Shown here one piece after another: positions 14,401-27,614 of a stretch of DNA of 64,000 bases; position 1 is the stretch's first letter; each line of letters starts with the position of its first letter. This DNA comes from Lama glama (taxonomy: Eukaryota), in contig CM052817.1 of NCBI GenBank assembly GCA_028534125.1, positions 78,556,001 through 78,620,000 on the forward strand. Direction: 5' to 3'. The notes under the pieces were generated by a model, which saw only the letters and a list, made by a program, of their open reading frames with translations, did not search any database and was not told where the DNA came from. A program made the position numbers and the translations under genes.

Positions 14401-16905
14401 CAAAACTGAGCTCTTTCAGCTCAGGGCTCCGTGCTTCTAAAAAAAAATGTAAGCCACTCCTAGAGAGGTTAGGAGGGATGCAGGGCAAGGTGTCCAGCTG
14501 ACATGTGGACCGCAGGTGTAGCCCAGGTGAGGGGTGATGCAAGCGTCAACAGATGCTGAGGGGGAGAGCTCTGGAGAGAAACAGAGAGATTCAAGAGATA
14601 TTAGGGAGGTAGAATGGGCAGCAACCTGATGGCCCTTTAAAAGAAGCTGAGGGCAGAGCGGCCAGTGTTTCACAGGTCTCTGGTTTGCAGGACTAGATGC
14701 ATGACAATTCTGTAAATGAAAAGAGGGAATAGAAGACAGAGTGGGTTTAGAAGGGAAGGTGTGATTCATCGCAGTTTAGGACCTGCTGAGCTCTTTATTA
14801 GGAATCAAGAGAGAGGTCTGGATTATGAAATAGGAATCTGGAGACCCCCAGTGTAAGTTCCCACATCTCCTGGGAGCACTTGAGATCATACTGTTTATAT
14901 TCATGCTAGCATCCATCATGCCTTTTTTGAAACTTGAATAACTTAAAAGGAATATGAGAAGAGTATAAAAAATAGAGGAAATTGAAGGAAAAGACATATT
15001 TTCAGTTTAAGCAATTCAGGAGAGGTCAGGAAGCAGGGCCTCCACCCAGGAACAGAGAGAAGGGACCTATGGAACTTAAACAGGATCAAAGGAGGAGAGA
15101 AGGTGTAAGTCTCATTCCTGACATGCTAACTCGTGCTCAAAGCTGTAACCCCTTATGGGAAATGCAGAGGATCTCAGCCTAGGTGGGGCCCTGCGATCTT
15201 GCTCACGTATGCCCTCATCCTGCCTTCCCAGGGCAAGTGGATACAGCCTGAGTGTGGCAAATGCACGGGAGGTGACACACTGAGCAGCGTCATCAGCACC
15301 CTTATCTCTTAAAATACTCTCCAGATGTGACTGTGTCAGGATCAAGGTTTTGTTCCACTATTGATTCTCCCAGCAAGCTCTCATTCCGTTCCCAGAGCCG
15401 GCTTGTTCCTGCGGTGTGCTTTATGTGTTCTCTCCTGAATACACAATCTACAAATCAGATTTCCAGGGGGACCAAGAGAAAGGTTTTCTTCCTTTGATTC
15501 CTTTTTCCATTTTTCTTCTGCTTCAGCACAGCCAGCCCCCCGCGTGGAGGGGGCCTTGTGCTTATCAGCTGAGTGTGTCTGTGTTGGCTGACAAGGGTCA
15601 TCATGCCGCAGCCACAGAGGAGGAAGAAGGGAGCCATGAATTTCCCCCACAGTTGTGCAAAAGGGATCGCCAGTCCACCCAAGCACACTCCTGCCAGCCA
15701 AGGGCAGACTCAGGAAAATCAAAATAAGATGGACACTCCCAGCAAGTTAATTCTCAGTGGTAAGTTGAGCACACTGGGAATCCTAAGGGTTAGGTGTAGT
15801 TTACCGAAGAAGTGGGTCATGAGCCTCATAAATTGTACTCTTCCTTCCAATGTTGAAATGGAATAAAGTGGAAGAAGAGCAGAGAGGAATTATTTCAACT
15901 TCTGAGCGCAGGGCGCAAATCAGTGAAACTCACGTGCAAACATTAAATTCTCTTTATGCTACTTAGAGTGATCACTGGCAAGTTAACTGGTTCTTTCTAT
16001 AGGCGGCTTAGGATAGAGTTTGTCAATATTCTTGGCAATATATTATACACACAAAGATTTGAGGCAAGATGGGAAAAATTAGTGTGATTATGCAAAATTT
16101 TCTATTTAAAAATCTACCCAGCCATAAATGGAGAAATTACAGACCCCCAGTGTTGCCTAGAAGGTTGGGGAGGCAGAGGCCAGGTGTGTGTGTGCACACG
16201 CGTGCATGCGTGGTGTCTGGTGTCTGGCTGAACACGTGGGTGTGTGCCTAACATGTGTACTGGGAGAACTTTCCTCTTCTATGGAATCACAAAGGCTAAA
16301 TGCATAACTGTTTTCCTTGGACACCTTTCTCCCTTGGAACAAAGACTGATGAGAGTGGAGAGGTAGATACGTGAGAAGGAAACTAGGCAAGGGAAATGAT
16401 TTCTAAAGTTATTGAAAAGCAGGGATTATAACAAATATTTTCTTTTCTTTTGAGCTGATAATTAGAGCTTCAGCAATTTTGAGCCAGCAAAAAGAAGTTC
16501 ATTGGGTGGTGGCAGTGGCAATGCATCTGATTTTATATCTCCTTAGGATTTACTGTCATTCAGGTGCCCAGGAAGATGGGAAGAAAAATGACAGAAATGA
16601 AAAGTGGCAAAGGGGCCCTCAAATTGAGGAGAGTAATGGCTGCTAAATGACTCTGTCCTCCCCTCCAGATATAGATTCAACCAAAAATAGTGCAGAGAGC
16701 AAGAGGCAATGTGAGATGTTTTGTGCTGCCTAGACATTTTTGAAAATAAGTGGGTATTTAAAGAATAATTGTTAAACTGAATTATTGAATTTGGAGATCA
16801 TATGTCCTTTAGATTCAATTCTACCACTGACTGAGCTACATGAAAAAGTACTGGTACATGAAAGCAACCATTCAGGATCATACTTGTACATTTAATGCAT
16901 TTACG

Positions 16906-18331
16906 TTTTTAAATTTTAATTTATTTTTTATTGAAGTATAGTTGATTTACAATATTGTGTTAGTTTCTGGTGTGCAGCAAAGTGATTCAGTTATATATAT
17001 ATATGTGTGTGTGTGTGTATATATATATATACACACTGTATATATATATATACACACTGAATCCTTTTCATATTCTTTCCTATTATGGTTTATTACAAGA
17101 TATTGAGTAGTTTCCTGTGTTCTATAGTAGGGCCTTGTTGTTCATCCATTTTATATACAGTAGTTTGTATCTGCTAATCCTAAACTCCTAATTCATCCCT
17201 TCCCCAACCCCTTTCCCCCTTGGTTACCATAAGTTTGTTTTCTATGTCTGTGAGTCTCTTTCTGTTTCATAAATAAGTTCATTTGTGTCATATTTTAGAT
17301 TCCACATGGAAGTGGTATCATATGGTATTTGTCTTTCTCCTTATGAGTTCATTTAGAATGATAATCTCTAGGTCCATCCATGTTACTGTAATAACATTAT
17401 TTCATTCTTTTTATGGCTGAGTAGTATTCTGTTATGAATACTATATATATATATATATACACACACATACATACCACAACTTCTTTATCCAGTCATCTCT
17501 CAATGGACATTTGGGATGCTTCCATGTCTTGGCTATTACAAATAGTGTTGCTGTGAACACTGGGGTGCATATATCTTTTCAAATTTTATTTTTCTCCTGA
17601 TATATGCCCAGGAGTGGGATTGCTGGGTCATACGGCAACTCTATTTTTAGTTTTTTAAGGAACCTCCATACTGATTTCCATAGTGGCTGTACCAATTCAC
17701 ATTCCCACCAACAGTGTAGGAAGATTCCCTTTTCTCCACACCCTCTCCAGTGTTTGTTATTTGTAGACTTTTTAAATGATGGTCATTCTGACTGGTGTTA
17801 GGCAATACCTCATTATAGTTTCGATTTGCATTTCTCTAATGATTAGTGATGTTGACCATCTCTTCATGAGTCTATTAGCCATCTGTATATCTTCTTTGGA
17901 GAAATGTCTATTTAGGTCTTTTGCCCAATTTTTAATTGTGTTGTTGTTGTTGTTGTTGTTGTTTTTGAAGTTCAGTTATATAAGCGGTTTGTGTATTTTG
18001 GAAATTAAGCCCTTGTTGGTTGCATCATTTGAAAATGTTTTCTCCTGGTCCATAGGTTGTCTATTTGTTTTTTTGTTTTGTTTTGTTTTGTTTTGTTTGA
18101 TGGTTTTCTTTGCTGTGCAAAAGCTTGTAAGTTTGATTAGGTCCCATTTGTTTCTCTTTGCTTTTGTTTCTATTGCCTTGGGAGACTGACCTAAAAAAAG
18201 TTGGTACAATTTATGTCAGAGAATGTTTTGCTTATGTTCTCTTCTAGGAGTTTTATGGTGTCATGTCTTATATGTAAGTCTTTAAGCCGTTTTGAGTTTT
18301 TTTGTGTATGGTGTGAGGGTGTGTTCTAACT
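16906..18331 (-). mobile_element. 5'-truncated L1 (about 1.4 kb): ORF2 C-terminal remnant, 3' UTR and polyA
   Basis: ORF 17976..18209 reads [26 protein letters not shown]...KGLISKIHK (L1 ORF2p). The reverse-oriented 3' end reads tttattgaagtatagttgatttacaat. Confidence 0.93.
16992..17058. repeat. Compound (TA)n(TG)n(TA)n microsatellite with a duplicated tatatatatatacacactg unit
   Basis: Read directly; lies inside the L1 3' UTR. Confidence 0.9.
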
Positions 18332-19911
18332 CCTTTAACTCATCTTAATGTTAAATGTATATGTTTCTTTTTCTACGTAGGAGCTTAAATGAGATACTTA
18401 ACTCAGGGGGTAACATAAATTCTAGTTTTTTTTCTTACCAAAATATTTTCTCCTAAGAAGTATGCTCTTGCAGTGCAATTTGGTGAAAACCCATAGAATC
18501 ATAAAAACAAGTAGAACTTGCTGGGGTAATCTAGAAAGCAGAATTGTGGCACGCACAGAACTGGCGGCTCTGGGTCAGTTTTGAATCCTGGTTCTGCCCT
18601 TCTCTTGCCATGAGACCTTGATTAATCACCTGCAACAAGGGGATACTTATAACTCTCTTGCCGGATGATGGAGCTCAATAAATAAACTAAGGAAAATCAT
18701 CAAGAAGTTAGTCCATGCTTAATAATATTAGAAATTTAGTCCAAAATATCCTTTTTGTTGATAGAGAAAATGAGGTTTAAAAAAAAAAACTGATGCTATT
18801 GAGTGTTTAAGGCTGGCCTAACCCCCAGACCGAACTAAACCCCGAGGAAAGTTTTCTTCTGACATCACATCACAACCATGACAAAGTAAATACACCTTTC
18901 TCTTCATGTCATACCTTCAAGGCAAAGCTCAAATTCTCCATGATCACCGAAAACCTAAAATGTGCCTAGTCTTACATTTCCAAAGGAAAAGAGACCGTGT
19001 GGCGTGACTTCCTCTCATTTCAAAGGGACACAGCTCTCCTCACACAGTTTCTACAAATTGCGTGGGATAATGAAGTAAGTACCACAGCGGAGGGGTATGG
19101 CCTTTCTAATGAGCTGAGACAGAGATGTCCCCAAACAAATGACTCGGGGGAGGGACACAGGAGGGACTGGCTGACTCTCAGGCCAGGGCTGTGCAAATCT
19201 ATCTTAGAACAACAGTTGTACTCTGAGCAAGGGGTCCTCTTCGCACATCTGTAGTCACCCACGGGGAGTTCAGATGAAATTAGGTCTCACTTAAATTGGA
19301 TTTTCTCCCAATACATTAGCATTTGTACAATCTTGCCAATGCTTGGAAACTTGCTAATTAGTAATAGGATGACTTCAATAATGTAGTAATAGGATAGTTA
19401 AATCATGTTTTACTGCTGTTGAACTGGCCTGTATCAAGACTATCAAGGGGTACTTCTTGTATGTATGTTCAGTTTTTATTCTGGTGGGCACAGCTTGGTT
19501 GGCAAACTTAATCTACTTCTAGAAGTTGGTATCACAATGACTTTTTCACTAATCTGAGGAAATGGAAATTTTAAAAAGTAAACCAAAATGTTTCAATAAA
19601 ACTGTTGTCTTTCTGATTCACTCAATAGTGAAGTATTGGTCAAAAATGATGTATCTCTTTAATAAGTAGTAGGAAAAATAAAGCTTTAGTGAATTAACAT
19701 GAAAGGGACAATTCTTTCTTAAGAATTATCAAGAATTAAGTAGCCAGAGACTGAGGTTGAAAGTATTTAACTTCTTAAGGATCTTTCACCTTCCTACTAC
19801 ACAAAGCTTCAAGTATTTCCAGAAATTGAAAAACAAAAAAACTGAGCTGGAATTAAGCAGCATAACCTCTGGAAGTCGGAGCTAAATTGTCTCAGCTGTA
19901 TCTCTGGATTG

Positions 19912-19917
19912 TTTATT
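19912..19917 (-). terminator. Candidate distal polyadenylation signal AATAAA of TNIP3
   Basis: tttatt on + about 1.06 kb past the stop codon, with a U-rich tract downstream on the minus strand (about 19830-19841). Confidence 0.5.
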
Positions 19918-20404
19918 TGACCGCAGTTTCAGCCAATGCTCCTGGTTTTCTTTAGATCCTAGAAGTACGGATATCCATGGATCTCACACTCCTGCTTTAT
20001 CTCTCCTCACAAAGAGGATCACCAGTTGGTCCTCACAGAATCCTTATTAAATGGATGAACTTAATACTTTTAAATCTGCTTAAGCTTTAGACATCTGTTA
20101 TGTCCCTGTATAATTTAATTGCAATAAAATTTGGCTACATTTGCTTTCCAATTTAATTGGTTTGAGAAGTCAGAGTTATGTTTTTCATTAATAATTACTC
20201 ACATGCACAAGAAGGAAAACAGATTTAGCTGCAAATCCATATATCTCTGAACCATTACTGTTAGTATGTATGAATGTAGCAAAGCCATCACCATCACGTT
20301 AGGATTTTTATATTTCATAATCTAATCCACCTACAAAGAAGTAGGCTCACAATTTCTCATCTTAAAGAAATGATTTGATTAAAGAGTAGTTCCAAGTTTA
20401 CCAT

Positions 20405-20410
20405 TTTATT
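20405..20410 (-). terminator. Candidate proximal polyadenylation signal AATAAA of TNIP3
   Basis: tttatt on + about 560 nt past the stop codon. Confidence 0.35.
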
Positions 20411-20679
20411 CAGGCTGAAGTACTCATTTAGTTTAAGGAAATATATACACCTCTTCAATCCTATTTGCCAGATCACGAAGACCAACAACGATGAACATAG
20501 CATCTAGTTACACTGGCTGAAGAATTAAGCCCCTATAAAAATAATGGGAGCAAATATTAAAGTTTTAAAGCTGCAGAAAAGTTTCCCCCAAGGGGAAATT
20601 TTTAAATATTTAAATCAACATGCAATATCATTGCACCCCCAAGTGGAGGTGCTGATATCACGAAATCATCCCTGTAAAT

Positions 20680-20975
20680 CCAGCAGCGAGGTGCGGAGGA
20701 AAACTTGGGGGAGCGGCGCAGAATCCGTCGGCAAACCTCACTGGGAGGAAACTGGGAGCTGTGACGGCTGTAGAGTCCGGCTCCCCGGACCTGGTCAGCA
20801 CCTCGGCCGTCGCGACCGCGGCCGCATCCGTGCCAGAGGGGACCCTCAGCGCGCCCCAGGAGCGCAGCAGCCGAGCGGCAGCAGCGCAGACACGGCCGCG
20901 GCAGAGCGGGGTGGGGGTGGGGGCGCCGCCAGGCTCCCCCCGGGCCCGCGCGCTCCTCCGCTGTGTGCGCGTCTA
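20680..20975. promoter_or_regulatory. CpG/GC-rich island-like patch at the start of the TNIP3 3' UTR
   Basis: Dense CpGs (e.g. gtcgcgaccgcggccgc, gggcccgcgcgc) within an AT-rich background. Confidence 0.7.
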
Positions 20976-21001
20976 CTGGCTGACTTTCTTTTCTGTGAAA
21001 C
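20973..21001 (-). CDS. TNIP3: TNIP3 terminal coding exon, (G)FTEKKVSQ-stop (TAG)
   Basis: Acceptor cctgctgtttctcatag|, phase-1 compatible; resembles the human C-terminus GLSSVKKVHP. Confidence 0.85.
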
Positions 21002-21739
21002 CTATGAGAAACAGCAGGAAAATGTTTCAGATTCAAAATTAAAAATTCATCTCTCTTCTTCTGGCTGAAGGCTAACAAACTTCGAGGTTGGCCAGAAAAA
21101 GAAATATTTTATTCATGAGCCCCTACGAGTTTGCACTGAGAAATCAGGCAGCGGCAAACGGAGGGTTATTCTTTTCGGCACTGACATATGCTCACCATTT
21201 GGTGAGCTCACCTGAGGCCTAGTTCTAACCATGCCTGGAGAGGAACAGTCTATTCTACTCATTCTCGCTGGCATTTGGTGGCTTGCATTTGCTTATGAAA
21301 GTAAGTCACATGTGTTACTATTCGGTTCAGTACTCACCCCAGAGAGAGAACCGCCAAATAAACTAGCTTAAAAAGCCATAGAAAAGATCACAGTTCTCAA
21401 GGTGTGATAGTGTATCACGAAAACAGATACCGAAAATTGGGAATATTTTCGTAGGACCAGGACAGACTGCCACAAATAGAACCGCAGAAAAGACAAAGTC
21501 GATGAGGTCTACTTATGGTAACAGGAAAAAAAAAATCATGTTATCGCCAAGAAATAGGGTGTTTTCCTCATTCATGGTAACAATTTAGTGTATCTTAAAT
21601 GTTTTATACTTGCTGCTCTGCATTTGGTATTTCAAAGACATGCTGAACCAACATTTTAGTAATAGGAAGATAAGAAGTTACTTTTCCAGGCTTAAAAAAA
21701 CATTCTTCTGAGAACTGTGGCCATTACATTAAAAAAAAA

Positions 21740-21810
21740 TCTACTGGAAACCATAAAACTCCTAGAAGAAACATAGGCAGAACTTCTTTGATAGACATCG
21801 TAGCAATATT
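21740..21810 (+). mobile_element. Short L1 ORF2 fragment
   Basis: ggaaaccataaaactcctagaagaaacataggcagaac. Confidence 0.6.
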
Positions 21811-22529
21811 GTGTCCATTTTTCTGATCTAGGCCCTCCCTATCTATTTGTCTATCTACCTGTATCTATCCATACAGACTGCTAATTAGAATGTTTAGTCT
21901 TTGCTTATGAAATCAGTGTTTTAACAGGAATATATTTACCATCTGTATTTTCATATGTTGCTGTACATGTAAATATGCTTTTGCACTGTATTTAATAGTC
22001 CCTTAGCAAAATCACTTAGTTTATTTCTAAGCTGACCTTTAGAGCATTAAAGGTGAGGTGTTATTTCTCCTGTAATTCTTTTCTAACAATCTAGAAACAG
22101 GCGTAGAATTATCTTCCTTTAAGTTTCATTAATCTTCTCTATTAACCACTGGCGAGATAATTAAGAAAGGAACATGTTTTACAAAAGAAAAATATTATTG
22201 ATATTTTATCCATCTGTATTGAAAATTCTGCAAAGCACGGTCTCTAAGTTTCTTCTCTTACATTTCTTAAGTAGTTTTTACTATTTAAACTGGTTCCCTT
22301 ATCTCTTCATACTATTAGACACTGAAAAAAATCTAACAAATGGAAGCTATTTACTGTTGTAAAATCATCTGTAATGTTTAGATATAGACAGTTATAAAGA
22401 GACACAAAGTGAGAAATAAAGATTCTGGCTTTCAGGACAGGACCATCAGAATTTATTTAAATAATATATGTGCAAAATACAACACTATTATATTTTACTT
22501 AATGTAGAGCATGGGGTGGTCCAAATTGC

Positions 22530-22754
22530 TTCGTGGTTATAATGTGGGCTTTGGAGTGAGGCTGCATGGGCTTGTCTGTGTCAGCTAACAACTAGCCAGG
22601 TGAGGTTAGACAAATTACCTTATTTCTTTGCTCCTCAGTCTCCACACTTTAAAAAGCAGGGACAGGAGCAGTCCTCGTTTCACAAGGTCGCTATGAGGGT
22701 TTTGATAAGATGATAAGTATAAAACACCTAAAATACAGTTCCTGGCATAGCTAG
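22530..22754 (+). mobile_element. MIR SINE, interrupted at its 3' end by an MLT1 LTR
   Basis: gtggttataatgtgggctttggagt...ctcctcagtctccacactttaaaaa...cagttcctggcatag. Confidence 0.7.
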
Positions 22755-23175
22755 TGTTATGGGGTAAATTGTGTCCCCCCAAAAGATGTGCTTAAGTCCT
22801 TGCCCCTGGTACCTGTGACTGTGCCCTTATTTGGGAATGGGGACTTTGCAGACATAAGCAGGTTAATACGAGGTTATACTGGATTAGCCTAATCCAATAG
22901 CACTGGTGTCCTTATAAGAAGAGGAAAATTTAAACACAGACAAGGAGGGAAGACAGGCATGTGAAGACAGAGGCAGAGACTGGAGTTCTGCTGTCACAGC
23001 CAAGGCCATCTGGGGCTACTAGAGGCTGAAAGAGGCAAGAAAGGACCCTCCTCTGGAGGCTCGGAAGGGGGAGTAACACTGCCAACCCTTGATTTTGGAC
23101 TTCTGGCCTCCAGAGCTGTGAGAACATAAATTTTTGTTGTTTTAAGCCACCTAGTTTGTGGAACTTTGTTATGGT
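22755..23175 (+). mobile_element. MLT1C/D-like MaLR solo LTR
   Basis: tgttatggggtaaattgtgtccccccaaaag...ggacttctggcctccagagctgtgagaacataaattt...ttaagccacctagtttgtgg. Confidence 0.85.
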
Positions 23176-25594
23176 AATGAGTTCAGTCAGTATTCAGTTA
23201 ATGAATTATTACTAGACATTGGTAAAGGCCAATTATAGTGGTTGGGCTTTGATCTCTGTATTGTAAAAAAATAATTGTGTTTGCTCACAACACAGTCTCA
23301 CGTCCCCACATTTTGTGCCTCTCCAACTATGTAAGAGTTGAGTTCCACCTTATTAGACAGTTCAACTCGGCACCATATGGAAATTTTGGAAGGTCCAGAA
23401 GTGACTGGCGTACAACACAGGCAGAACAACACAGCCTTCTGACGTTCCACAAACAAGGAAATAACCAAGCTGTTTTCAAGGTTATGCTGACTCTATTGTG
23501 CCATAATTGTTCCGGAAACATGGAAGACATTTGGCATCCCATTCTGATAACAGATAAAATGAGATTAAAACGTTCTTTGTAAAATCACAGGTTTAAACAG
23601 AAACTGGAACTCAGTGTGGGAAAATGCCATTATTTAATGCTATGAACAGGGAAAGCCAAGTAAGTCTCAAATAATTCGAAACCTTTATTTAGATCTTTAG
23701 TTCCTGAAAGAAGATTTGATTTCAGTGTGTCGCCAAGGTACTCTAAAAGAACCACAGATGTGACTGACAGCAAGGCTGGAAATCAGTTGACCTGAAGACT
23801 GTTCGATGTGGTACTCTGTACCTACCGACCTAAATCCTGGGCCAGGGAGGACCCTGCTCTGGCCTCCTCCAGCCAGACTCCCCCCAACAGTGTGTCTGCC
23901 TTCCTTTAGCACGAGCCCGGGGCTCCTCCACTCAGACCCCCAAATTCTCTGCCGAGTGACCCTGGGTCTGCTTCCAGGCCCCATGTGGTCCTCTTCCCTA
24001 GGCCCGAAGCCAAGGAGTGCTGTTTATGAGGTGCTGAGGGGGATATGGGTCAAGTTGTGATGTGCTGTCTGGACTGTCCTCAAATTCACCTTCAAGACCC
24101 CTCAGAGAGGGAGGTGGGAGGAGAAGGTGGTAGACAACGGCTCTGGTCTCCTGGTGCCACTGGGTCCTGGCAGAGCTGGCTGGACTTTGAGCAGTCCGAA
24201 TTTGACTCTGGCCTGCCAGGATATTTATCAATAGTAGGACAGACTATACTTCAATAGCTTCTAAGCTTGAGCCATAACATTTAAATATTTATACATAAAG
24301 TATGCAATTCTCCTTGCATTCTTGCCCCAGACCCTGGCAGTGTTACAGGAGGATCTAGTGCTATCAGAGAAATTTGCCCATGACGCACCCACTGTATCTT
24401 CTAACAATCACAAGGCTACCACTCTATAAATATTCTATGTATAGACATAAGAGCCACTATTTCAGCTTAAATTATAAAAAGAGGAATAATTGCAAAAAAA
24501 AGATACTAGGATAAAGATATCCTACATATATTGGGGTCAGAAAAATAAATTTGTCAGGAGTCATAGGAAATTAATAAAAACCAAGAACTAGGACAATCTA
24601 TAAAGTACACTAATTGATGTTAATTTAAATATCCACATTTTTGAAAGGATCCTTTTCATTTAAATATAAATAACATATTTTAAGTCCTTATTATCTGAAT
24701 ACAATATATAGTGGTTTTAAGAAATAGTTTCTTTGTATAGATGATCAGAAACAGAGTCTAATTTTTTCACTCATTTTTCTTTCCATTGCTTGATTTTTGG
24801 TATTTCTAGCCCCAAACACAGACTATACTGATCACTTGTGTATGTATTCTTGAATAGTGCAGAATAAAAATATTAGTCATATAATAAGACAACAAAAAGA
24901 TCTGTATCATAAAAAGATTTTTAAACCCACATTTGTTTAACAATCAATACCCCAAAATTCTTTTTCAGAATTTGGAGGAATTAGGTTGGACTTACAAATC
25001 AAAAGGAGCTTTCCAATTAAACGAAACAAAAAATTACAAGAATCAGTACGAAATTAAATGATGGCACGTGCGATGTTGGTGACAAGGGTGATTTCAGAGC
25101 GTCTGACAATTCTCATGACCTAGCCTGAGCTTTGAGATAGTGTCAGCTTTGGGAGCTGGAAGAGGAGCGACAGGAATCCCGAGCAGGTAGATTTTTAAGA
25201 AAGGGATTTCTTTCTATGGTGGTCCCCTAGCCACGATCAGCCCTCCTCACCTGCTGCAGACAAGCCACAGGCAGGTGCAGAGAGGGACAAATTTTGGATG
25301 GTAGCATACCTATTCAGTTTCCACCAGGGCTGCCCAAGCAAGACCAGCTCATAACACATTTATTATGCACTTACTCTTACATAGTACCAGCTACATAGTT
25401 CTTTTACCTGTGATATCCGAAATGTCAAATGAGAAGCACTGGTAATATATGCTGTGAGTTCTTAGGAAGAAGAGATCATTGAGCATTAGATACTAGTCGT
25501 ATAATTAACCAAATTAAGGCCCCCAGGCTTATTTTTATATGTATTATTTTAGGAATTTTTAACATGGTGAGAGAGGTTGATTTTCAAGGGCACT

Positions 25595-25860
25595 ACAGGA
25601 TGTGATTCAAAGCACAGGTTTTGAAGTCTAATACACCTGCAATCTAAGCCCAGGGCTCAATCTTCTTAACTCCTAATTTCCTAATTTAAGAACTTCCTAA
25701 CTTCCTAATTTAGACATGCTACTTAAATTCTCCAAGCCTCAGTTTCTTCATCTGTAAAATGGTGTAATAATAAAACCTACTTGATAGCATTGTTGTGAAG
25801 ATTAAAACAATGTTTTAAAAAATACTTAAGTTCCTACATAATAAGGGTTTATGTTTTATT
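25595..25860 (+). mobile_element. MIR SINE with an internal cttcctaa micro-duplication
   Basis: Core gcctcagtttcttcatctgtaaaatgg. Confidence 0.75.
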
Positions 25861-27553
25861 GTAATTTTACGTCTGTAGGCACTGATAGAAAGCATGTTTA
25901 TACATCACAAAGCTCTTCTATTTCTTCCCAAGTAGACAAGAATTGGTAGGTCTCACACATTGACTATAAAATTATATTTTTGCATATTATTTAGTTTCTG
26001 AAGGTCATCACAATTCATTTCTATTTTATATAATCATTAGCTTCTATTACATTGGTCCAGGAAGAATCCAATAGTGAATATAAATGGCTTTAAGAGATTA
26101 TTGAAGTCTCTACTGGATAATTGTACTTTTTACTGATTAAACTTCAATTCAGGAGAAAATATTTTTAATACTCATTCCAGACCAATGTAATATAAAACGG
26201 AAAATTATAATCAGGTGAAACTCAGCTATTAGACAAAAATGGATTTCAAAAACACAGGCATTATGCAGCAGTCATTATGGTTAACAGTATGCCTTTCTAT
26301 TAAAAGCTCTCTCTTATGACTGGAACCCCAAAACGTCATTAAAGCCAATGGTTATAGTTGTAATAGAAAGAAAAGAAAAAAGAAAGTGCTACAGTTTTCT
26401 AATAAATAGGTATACATTTTCTTATAAAGTTCTCACTTTTTATCTTTCTTCTCCATAATGCTACTGTAAGCTATGGCCTTTGCCACTCCCTATGGTTCTC
26501 TGTACAGCTGTCCAAGTTGTGTACTGCTCAACTCTAGGAGGCTCTGTTTACATAAACTACCATGAAGGACCATTTGGGCTTGTGAAGTTCACAACCTGCA
26601 AAGCTACAAGTGGTATCTGTGGCTCCCTACTTCCACTCCATAATGGACCCCTTGTATTAAAAACCAGAATTCTGTGATCTCAGATCTGAAGTAAACGAGA
26701 TTAAATTTTAAGTATATGGCCTGAAATTGGAATATGGCTCATCTTCAGCTTTTCTCGATAGATTCCAATCTCTGGAAATGAACAGCCTAGAATCACAGGC
26801 ATGTGTCACATGGATTTTAAACATGTGGCAGACAATGCCGACTTTTGACTATACGTGATGAGATTACAAGTGGGATTATGATCACAGCCCAGGTTATACA
26901 GCACACTCCTGGATGGCCTCGTGAGACCACAGAAACAAGTGGTAGAAAGGATAGCACATTCTGGAAAGAGTGAGGAGAATGGTAAACCAAAGAAAAATAA
27001 GATAGAAGAGTACTCTTAGTTGTGAGTACCTTGTAGGTGACTTTTTAGTTCTTCCCATAGTACTTCCAGGTGGGTATTGTGGGCAACTCTGGCCTAAATG
27101 TGGAGTCTGACATTTAGTCATTATGGAACACAGATCTGAGCCTTGGGTTTCCTCTGTCTGTCTGCCAGTGACATTTAAAACATCTGCCTAGCAAACCCAA
27201 CCTGGAATAGTGGCAGCACATGTGTCCTTTGTAGGAGAATTTCAGAGCTTTGTTGTTGTTGTTAAAGTATGGCTCTGCTGGCAGTTCTCATGTCGAACCC
27301 AGATGGAATACTGACTCTGAGACCGCCATAGGAGCAGAAGCCAGAACTGAGATCCACGCATGTCTGCATTCCAACATTCTCTTTTCCTAGAGGAGTGCAG
27401 TTTCGCCCCAGGTGCATCACATTAGAGTTGTGTATGCAGCACAGCTTTAGAGTAGGTACTCCCAGAGAATGAATGGATGTTGAGTAAACATCCCCCCAAA
27501 GATCCCATTGAAATGTAAACATGAAAGAATGCTCACTACAGCTGTGGTCTTAC

Positions 27554-27614
27554 CATTTGCCTTGTGCTGCACATCTGGCGGAAACTGGTCAGGAGCATAC
27601 CACTGATAGTCCGG
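27554..27614 (-). CDS. TNIP3: TNIP3 coding exon (61 nt), PDYQWYAPDQFPPDVQHKAN(G)
   Basis: Lies within ORF 27447..27692; acceptor ttgtcccacacag|, donor ATG|gtaaga; ends in phase 1. Confidence 0.95.

Noticed and set aside
17604..18209. ORFs of 65-137 aa
   Set aside because: Sense and antisense translations of a decayed L1 ORF2.
20990..21000. TTTCTGTGAAA, resembling the Roquin CDE stem-loop of TNF
   Set aside because: It is on the plus strand, antisense to TNIP3, and within coding sequence; the mRNA strand has an ACA loop.
20544..21078. Overlapping 174-aa (+) and 158-aa (-) ORFs across the TNIP3 stop
   Set aside because: Explained by the scarcity of stop codons in GC-rich sequence; low-complexity G/A/R/P products.
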